Shown: in pieces, positions 14,513 through 20,577 of the stretch
How the letters are laid out: the number at the start of each line of letters is the position of its first letter
Numbering within the stretch: the first letter of the stretch is position 1
Origin: Desulfuromonadaceae bacterium
GTDB lineage: Bacteria; Desulfobacterota; Desulfuromonadia; Geobacterales; Pseudopelobacteraceae
NCBI GenBank assembly: GCA_049318985.1
Contig: JBMOEI010000031.1
Span: forward strand, 2,417-34,416
Length of the DNA stretch: 32,000 nucleotides
Direction of reading: 5' to 3'
Translations under genes and position numbers: made by a program
The notes under the pieces: model-generated
Databases searched by the model: none
What the model saw: the letters and a program-made list of their open reading frames with translations, nothing else
What the model was told of the DNA's origin: nothing

Positions 14513-16048
14513 TCAATCTACTACACCCTTGGCAAGTACCAGCCGGATCTCGCCCATGATCTCAAGTATTCGCTGCTCTTTCCTGACAATATCTTCTACC
14601 AGCCGCTCCGGCGGCAGATGTTCGAAGTCATCTTTGCCGGTGGGATTCTTGATGTCCAGGTTGTAGCCGTTCTCGATGATCCGCTCTACCGGCACCCGCC
14701 AGGCGTGCTCGTTCTCCTCCTTGTTGTTCCACCATGACAGGCAATCGGCAAATTCCTCGAACTGGACCGGCTGGGTCTTGGTGTAGTTCTTCCGCCCTTC
14801 CGGCAATGGCTGTTCATAGTACCAGACCTCTTTGGTCGGCCCGGAACGGTCGAAGAAAAGGAGGTTGGTGGGGATACCGGTATACGGGGCAAAAACGCCA
14901 TTGGGCAGACGCACTATGGTATGCAGGTTGAAATCTTTGATCAGTCGTTCCTTGATTCGCCCGCAGATGCCGTCGCCGAAGAGCATGCCATTGGGGACGA
15001 CCACTCCGGCTCGGCCAGGTTTGGGTTGGCGTTTGAGCTTGCGCATGATCATCTGGAGAAAGAGCAGCGTCGTCTCCGAGGTCTGCATCTCGGCGGGAAA
15101 GTTGTTGAGAATCCCTTTCTCTTCTTCACCACCAAATGGGGGATTAGTCAGGATGACATCCACTCGATCCCGGTCGCCAATCTCATTGAGCGGAAAGCGG
15201 AGGCTGTTATCCGGGTCGATTCTGGGGAATTCCAGCCCGTGCAGCAGCAGGTTCATCTGCACCAGCAGATAGGGGAGCGGCTTGGCTTCGCCGCCATAAA
15301 TGCTGCTTCCCTGGAGAATATTGCGCTCTTCAACGGTCGTGCACTGCTTCTCCAGGTGGCTGTAGGTCTCCACCAGAAAACCGCCAGTGCCGCAGGCCGG
15401 GTCAAGGATGGTTTCACCCAATTGGGGATTGAGGACATCGACCATGAAGCGGACAACCGGGCGAGGGGTATAGAATTCTCCCGCATCACCGGCTGCATCG
15501 CGCATCTCCTTGAGCATGGATTCGTAGAGGTGGCTCAGGGTGTGAATTTCGTCAGACGAAGTAAAGTGGATGCCGTTGACCTTGTTGATCACGTCCCGCA
15601 ACAGGTAGCCATTGATCATCCGGTTGATGGTGCCTTTGAAGACGGTGGCGATGACATCCCGCCGGTCGCCGCCGTTGATCCCCTGGAGGCCGCGCAGATA
15701 GGCGAACAGCCCTGCGCCCCTGGTTCCATCCGGACGGACCGCTTCATCGTTGTTGACGAAAGCTATCAATTCATCGCCGGTTATGCCGTCTTCCCGTGCG
15801 GCCCAGTCGCGCCAGCGATACGGTGCCTCAATTGCCGGTCGGAACTTCTCACCGGAAAGGATCGCTTCTTCCTCCCGAATTCGCTCCATGTCATCGAGGA
15901 ATTTGAGGAACATGATCCAAGTAAGTACGGGGAGCCGGTCGATGTCGCCGGAAAGCCCCTTGTCCTTGCGCATGATGTCGCGGGATGATTTTACGATAGA
16001 GCCAAGTTGTTGGGCGGTTGATAATGAGTTTATGGTTTTGCGTGACAT
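14513..16048 (-). CDS. hsdM: Type I restriction-modification N6-adenine DNA methyltransferase HsdM
   Basis: HsdM N-terminal domain (LPVLTWIMFLKFLDD), SAM motif I ILDPACGTGGFL, and catalytic motif IV VILTNPPFGG. Confidence 0.95.
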   Translation of the reverse strand: MSRKTINSLSTAQQLGSIVKSSRDIMRKDKGLSGDIDRLPVLTWIMFLKFLDDMERIREEEAILSGEKFRPAIEAPYRWRDWAAREDGITGDELIAFVNNDEAVRPDGTRGAGLFAYLRGLQGINGGDRRDVIATVFKGTINRMINGYLLRDVINKVNGIHFTSSDEIHTLSHLYESMLKEMRDAAGDAGEFYTPRPVVRFMVDVLNPQLGETILDPACGTGGFLVETYSHLEKQCTTVEERNILQGSSIYGGEAKPLPYLLVQMNLLLHGLEFPRIDPDNSLRFPLNEIGDRDRVDVILTNPPFGGEEEKGILNNFPAEMQTSETTLLFLQMIMRKLKRQPKPGRAGVVVPNGMLFGDGICGRIKERLIKDFNLHTIVRLPNGVFAPYTGIPTNLLFFDRSGPTKEVWYYEQPLPEGRKNYTKTQPVQFEEFADCLSWWNNKEENEHAWRVPVERIIENGYNLDIKNPTGKDDFEHLPPERLVEDIVRKEQRILEIMGEIRLVLAKGVVD

Positions 16049-16096
16049 TTATGGCTCCGAGGCGCAAATGGTGAATGAAAATTGCATGGATGTCGT

Positions 16097-17089
16097 TTAC
16101 TTTTTAGTCGCTAAATTGATAGACATAATAAAAGAGGTCACAGCTTCAGCGCTATTATCAGCAGTGGGGTCAGAATCTGGGACCAGAGTGCTTTCTACTA
16201 AAATCGAACCACCATGTAATTCAATAATTGAATTCGCAACTGCCAATCCAAGTCCTGTGCCTCCTGAGTAAGTTGTATAAAATGGTTGAAAAATCCGCCT
16301 GGAATAGATGTCGTCCTTTGGGATGTATTTGCCGATATTACTTACTTTTACAAATGCCGATGACCCAACCCGATACACATCTATTTCTATGGGATACTTC
16401 GAATTGCCAAATTGCTGGGCATTAATAATCATATTAAGAATGACTTGGCTAAGTTGGTGGGTATCACCAAATATCTCGCACTGACTCATGTGCTGATTTA
16501 ATTGGATCTCATAGCGGTTATTTGTATCATTCACCAAATTATAGGCCTCATTAACAATCTGCAAAAGATTAACTCGCGAAAAACCAACCGGTAATGCTGT
16601 GATGCTGTATATCTGCGGCATAATCGCTAAGATAAGCTTTTGTACTCCAGCCTCCAAATCTGGGAATAAGTCTACGCGATGTATCTCCGCTAACATCGGA
16701 TGTTGAGGTTGACAGTCATCAAGTCGCACAGGGAGAAGATATATTTTATCAGGAGGCATTGTTTCCATTACCTCAATGGCCTGGCGCAGTTCTTTCTGCA
16801 CTACACCTCGTTTATTAACTGCATGATTTGACATCAACGCTATGAACAAATCAGATTGTATAATTGCCTTCGTGATTTCCTGTTTCCAATTTTGCCCTGG
16901 TTGAAGAGATTCTTCATCAAACCATATATATACAAGCTTATTTAGCCTTTTGAGGACACGATAAAGCTCTCTTGCCGAGTCGATGTCTTCTCTAGCATAG
17001 CTAAGAAATATTTGTTTCCTTTCGGGTATCATCACGTGATCTGACAGACCATCTAACCTCGTGAGCATATCCTGTAAATTGTTTGCCAT
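16097..17089 (-). CDS. TIR domain fused to histidine-kinase-type HATPase_c (GHKL) domain, no DHp/H-box
   Basis: N-terminal half: KQIFLSYAREDIDSARELYRVLKRL...WFDEESLQPGQNW...DLFIALMS...VVQKELRQA is a TIR_2-type pattern with the conserved Glu (E100). C-terminal half: N-box VILNMIINAQQFG, F-box IFQPFYTT, G2-box GGTGLGLAVANSIIELHGGSILVES. No HisKA phospho-acceptor His region lies between them. Confidence 0.75.
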   Translation of the reverse strand: MANNLQDMLTRLDGLSDHVMIPERKQIFLSYAREDIDSARELYRVLKRLNKLVYIWFDEESLQPGQNWKQEITKAIIQSDLFIALMSNHAVNKRGVVQKELRQAIEVMETMPPDKIYLLPVRLDDCQPQHPMLAEIHRVDLFPDLEAGVQKLILAIMPQIYSITALPVGFSRVNLLQIVNEAYNLVNDTNNRYEIQLNQHMSQCEIFGDTHQLSQVILNMIINAQQFGNSKYPIEIDVYRVGSSAFVKVSNIGKYIPKDDIYSRRIFQPFYTTYSGGTGLGLAVANSIIELHGGSILVESTLVPDSDPTADNSAEAVTSFIMSINLATKK

Positions 17090-17158
17090 TTTTATAACCT
17101 TTCAGATTAACGGCATTATGGTTACTGGATTCCCGTTATAGACAACCTGTGTTGACAA

Positions 17159-18790
17159 TCATCGGTCGCCGCGCCAGTCGGGAGTGTGAAAGCCATCAAG
17201 GAAGCGTGAGCGAACCGCAACAAAGGAATCCTTTCCAACATTAGACCCACGTTGGGCCATGTCCTCAATTGCTTCCACGTCGTCAAGCTTGATTTCACAA
17301 AGCGTCTGCTGATTTACCCTCAGATGGCGAGCTGGACTCAAAAAACTGTCTGCTAGTTCGGTAGCCGCGTGCTCCTGTGCCGCAAAAAAAAGATCGGCGC
17401 TTGTCGGTGCCCATCCTACTTTTCCTTTGCCTAGGGACTCTGTGAAATCGGTTTCATTACACATCGTTCCGATGCTCAAGACATCAATTCGATCAAGCGG
17501 TATTTTGAGGTGACGAACCGCCTCAGCTATTGCAGGCAATACTGGATTGTTTGCCCAAATTCCGCCATCAAGATAACTCTCAACCGATATTGCATTGTCA
17601 ACTATTGCTTCATCAAAGTATGTTGGTGCGGCAGAAGATGCTAGAGCTGCATCTACGGCGGATATTGCCGCAAATGCAGTCCGGTCGCGACAGTGAGCAG
17701 TTACAATAGCCTCTGCTTCACCATGGTTTGCCCTCACAGTAGGGAGCACTAGCCTACAGAGAGAATCCTGCGTTAGTATGCGATCTCCAAACACCGATTG
17801 AAGCGTCTCTCGTAGAGTTTGAGATTCATGCTTGGATTTCAGCCAGTGGCGCAGTTTGCGGTTTTTGGGGAATATCTTAGGCCCTTGCGTTCGATAAAAG
17901 GAAAGCATTTCAGCTGGGGTTAGACCGAGGCCGAGGCCTATGGCGAGAATCGCACCTGTAGATGTACCCGCAACAAGATCGAAATGTTTTACTAATTGGT
18001 TCCCGCCACCACTCTTTATCATATCGTCCCACTTAGCGAGGACAGCAGCGGTAAAGGTGCCTCGTAGGCCGCCGCCATCAAGCGCCAGGATTCGAAATAG
18101 GCGCCCACTAGAGATACTCTCTCGTGCCAGTGGAAGTAACTTTAGCTGAGATATTATTGTGCCCACAAGCTCATCAACAACAGTGCACGTAGCAAATGCT
18201 CGATTCTGCTGTTCAGAAAGACCGTTGCGCAAACGACAAAACACAGTCTCGTCATCTCTTACGTAACCTTCAATGGCCCCACCAAACCCCGCTACTGCAA
18301 ACCCAGATTTTCCACGGGCCAAGGTTTCTTCCAATTCAGCCGGAACTCCAGCGCGAGGTTTGTTGATGTCATACCATTTCCCACCTACTGCGACGACAAC
18401 ATCACATCTTTCAGCCATCCATTGCCTCATGGGAACTAAGCTTTCATCAGGTCTGTTACAGATAGATGGAATGATCTGAACAGCAGCGTATTCACGTTGA
18501 TCTTCAATATTTGCAAGTTGTTCAGCTGTGGCAGAAAACTTCTGGGTACGAACAAAAGTAAGCGCATCCTTCCGACCGCCTGACTCAACAAACTGCTTAG
18601 CGGAATTTTCAAGCGGATCTTGGAGAGTTGGGTGGCTGCCGTGAATAATGGTACCTCCCTCCCTGAATACAGCTTGACTAAGCCTCTGAACAAATAGTTG
18701 AATCGCTTTTGCCTGTTCAATAGAAGCGTTATCGTGAATAGCCCCGGAAATATGGACTCTTATGCCAAGCAGCGGAAGACGAGTTGTCAT
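17159..18790 (-). CDS. SLOG/STALD-like (LOG-type Rossmann) domain fused to patatin-like phospholipase
   Basis: Residues ~8-215 (IRVHISGAI...REGGTIIHGSHPTLQDPL...CDVVVAVGGKW...AGVPAELEETLARGKSGFAVAGFGGA) fit the SLOG/LOG Rossmann pattern. Residues ~232-445 carry the full patatin set: oxyanion DGGGLRG (238-244), nucleophile GTSTG (Ser277), and catalytic YLDGG (Asp408). Confidence 0.75.
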   Translation of the reverse strand: MTTRLPLLGIRVHISGAIHDNASIEQAKAIQLFVQRLSQAVFREGGTIIHGSHPTLQDPLENSAKQFVESGGRKDALTFVRTQKFSATAEQLANIEDQREYAAVQIIPSICNRPDESLVPMRQWMAERCDVVVAVGGKWYDINKPRAGVPAELEETLARGKSGFAVAGFGGAIEGYVRDDETVFCRLRNGLSEQQNRAFATCTVVDELVGTIISQLKLLPLARESISSGRLFRILALDGGGLRGTFTAAVLAKWDDMIKSGGGNQLVKHFDLVAGTSTGAILAIGLGLGLTPAEMLSFYRTQGPKIFPKNRKLRHWLKSKHESQTLRETLQSVFGDRILTQDSLCRLVLPTVRANHGEAEAIVTAHCRDRTAFAAISAVDAALASSAAPTYFDEAIVDNAISVESYLDGGIWANNPVLPAIAEAVRHLKIPLDRIDVLSIGTMCNETDFTESLGKGKVGWAPTSADLFFAAQEHAATELADSFLSPARHLRVNQQTLCEIKLDDVEAIEDMAQRGSNVGKDSFVAVRSRFLDGFHTPDWRGDR

Positions 18791-18846
18791 TGCATCCTCT
18801 TTTCTTGTGGTTCAAACGTTGGGTTCGCATTCGTACTGTAGATATT

Positions 18847-19446
18847 TTACCAGCCCGCGAGCCCAGCAGCTGTCTCGATCCATCCGCCGATGTTCTGGCG
18901 TCCATTCTGTGCCGTAAAATCATAGCTCATACAGTGATTTGAAAGTTGTACGACATTGTTGTCACTTGGGGCGGTAAACCATAGATCGCTCTCCGGAATA
19001 GCGAGTGTGTAATCGTCGTATTTAATCCATTTGCCGCTCTTCCACTCGGCAAGGTAAATTCCCTTTTCAGTTCTATATACACCCATCTGCGCCAGTGGGT
19101 CAGCGCCTTTCACAGCGACTACTCCATCCTTGTTCTTTACACCATGTATATAGACTGTCAATAACCCGTTGCCCTTGATTAGGCTGCGGGCGATTTCGTA
19201 TCTGACCCAGCGCCGACTCCAAGTGTCAGTACCCGAGAGTACACAAGTCACAGAGGTATTTTTTACCCCATCTCGGAGGAAAGCCTTGAGAGAGTCATCA
19301 CTTTCTTTTTTGGAAGCTTCGAATACGCTACTATCGAAAAAACCAATGCTGGCCTGATCCTCTGCCTTGACTACCCAGCAATTGCGAACATTCCAAGCAC
19401 GCCAGACGTCGGGTACGTAGTGAAACGAAAAAAAAGTTCTTCTCAT
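18847..19446 (-). CDS. thsB: ThsB-type TIR-like protein (DUF1863/Thoeris ThsB family)
   Basis: MRRTFFSFHYVPDVWRAWNVRNCW...NTSVTCVLSGTDTWSRRWVRYEIARSLIKGN. The FFSFHY, VRN, NTSVTCVL and RRWVRYEI blocks match the ThsB hallmark blocks as I recall them from Bacillus cereus ThsB, including the catalytic Glu (here E84). RBS GGAG upstream. Confidence 0.8.
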   Translation of the reverse strand: MRRTFFSFHYVPDVWRAWNVRNCWVVKAEDQASIGFFDSSVFEASKKESDDSLKAFLRDGVKNTSVTCVLSGTDTWSRRWVRYEIARSLIKGNGLLTVYIHGVKNKDGVVAVKGADPLAQMGVYRTEKGIYLAEWKSGKWIKYDDYTLAIPESDLWFTAPSDNNVVQLSNHCMSYDFTAQNGRQNIGGWIETAAGLAGW

Positions 19447-19574
19447 TTTGTCTCCGTTATTTTCATGGGGGTATAACGTCTAAAGGGTTAGCTGTGGCGA
19501 AGCCAACTGCTTGAGGGTCTGCTGTGTAGCGTAGCGGAAACAGCAGTACCTAAGTGTTAGGCATTTCGGCAAGA

Positions 19575-20261
19575 TTATCGGGGCTCTTCACCTTCTATTC
19601 TTGCCTTTATTAATCCTGCAAATAGACTTGAAGAAGGCCAACGGAGTTCAAAACTATTTGCGGCTTCTTCAAGTGTTGTTAACAAGGATTCCGTATCATC
19701 ATAAAAAATTTCGACTGTAGTATATTTCCCATTTTCAAGAAGCTTTATACCGTAACTCGTCTCTGTATTAGCCGACTCAGTCATTCTTTTGATTGCACTT
19801 GATAATTGTGCCATATACAAATCGGCTCTTTTTTCCCCCGGCAAGTCAGCTGGTATCCATCCTTCTTTATCATCACCGTACTCGAAAGACACTCTTCTGA
19901 TTACATCATTGGCATCGTGCGGCAGAGGGTCGCACTCATAAGTGAGCTTATCATTTGTGTCTAAATTAATGAGGGTCGTAATCAATATGGGCACTTTGTG
20001 CCCTTGTTTTTCGGAGATATTTCTTGACAACAACATTTCTCTAGCAAATGGTAACAATTTTAACTTATCTTGAAACTTTCCATATTCTCTCTCATATCCT
20101 TCTTTGTGCGCGTATAAGCTCTGCATCGCAAAGGTTGCACTTCTGGTCGCCGACAGTAGCGCGGAAAAATTAAAACAAAATTCCTCACTCGCAAGTTTTA
20201 GACCGCGTAGTTCATTCAAAAAATACCTTGCCTCTTTTATTTTGTATGATGGGTACATCAC
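19575..20261 (-). CDS. Hypothetical protein (228 aa), AT-rich, first gene of the insert between hsdR and hsdM
   Basis: ORF-track entry MMYPSYKIKEARYFLNELRGL... with RBS CAGGAGAAA upstream. I recognise no motif. Confidence 0.5.
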   Translation of the reverse strand: MMYPSYKIKEARYFLNELRGLKLASEEFCFNFSALLSATRSATFAMQSLYAHKEGYEREYGKFQDKLKLLPFAREMLLSRNISEKQGHKVPILITTLINLDTNDKLTYECDPLPHDANDVIRRVSFEYGDDKEGWIPADLPGEKRADLYMAQLSSAIKRMTESANTETSYGIKLLENGKYTTVEIFYDDTESLLTTLEEAANSFELRWPSSSLFAGLIKARIEGEEPR

Positions 20262-20293
20262 TTTTTCTCCTGTGTTTGCCTAACTCATTGCTG

Positions 20294-20325
20294 ACCGTTT
20301 CACGCGCACATGCGCGTGAAACGGT
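20294..20325. promoter_or_regulatory. 32-bp near-perfect palindrome ACCGTTTCACGCGCA-CA-TGCGCGTGAAACGGT
   Basis: 15-bp perfect arms read directly from the sequence, located 33-64 nt upstream of the 228-aa gene start and ~250 nt downstream of the hsdR stop. The outer half-sites GTTTCAC/GTGAAAC equal the two halves of a canonical parS. Confidence 0.5.
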
Positions 20326-20577
20326 GATCTTCCCAGGTTTTTTTGTCTGCGCACAATGAACTACCCCGCAGCAAGCTACGAGGTATCACGACGGTAATTT
20401 ATTTTTCAACGAAGCGAGCTTCGAGGAATTTACCCGAAGAGATTAAAACGACACATCAGTTGATTAAGTTTTCAGTAAAACGGTCACCTCAAAACACATT
20501 TCGCCAACATCACACCTCTTGATATACGAATCTAATTCGCGCCAGGCGAGATTGATCGTGACATCCGTATTCCTGCA

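Noticed and set aside
14921-15988. 355-aa plus-strand ORF antisense to hsdM
   Set aside because: It lies fully inside hsdM, which has unambiguous methyltransferase motifs. It is an antisense shadow ORF in GC-rich DNA.
16097-17089. Interpretation of the HATPase_c protein as a two-component sensor kinase
   Set aside because: I found no HisKA/DHp H-box, no TM or PAS input and no response regulator nearby. The N-terminus is a TIR domain instead.
17159-18790. Interpretation of the patatin gene as a CBASS CapE-type effector
   Set aside because: No CD-NTase, SAVED, or E1/E2/JAB CBASS accessory gene is present in the window. The flanking genes are TIR proteins and the fused sensor looks SLOG-like, so Thoeris-like logic fits better.
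16097-20261. Search for a canonical ThsA (SIR2-SLOG or Macro-TM) next to thsB
   Set aside because: I could find no SIR2 (GAGxS...N...D...H) or Macro signature in any of the four insert proteins, so this is not a standard type I/II Thoeris.
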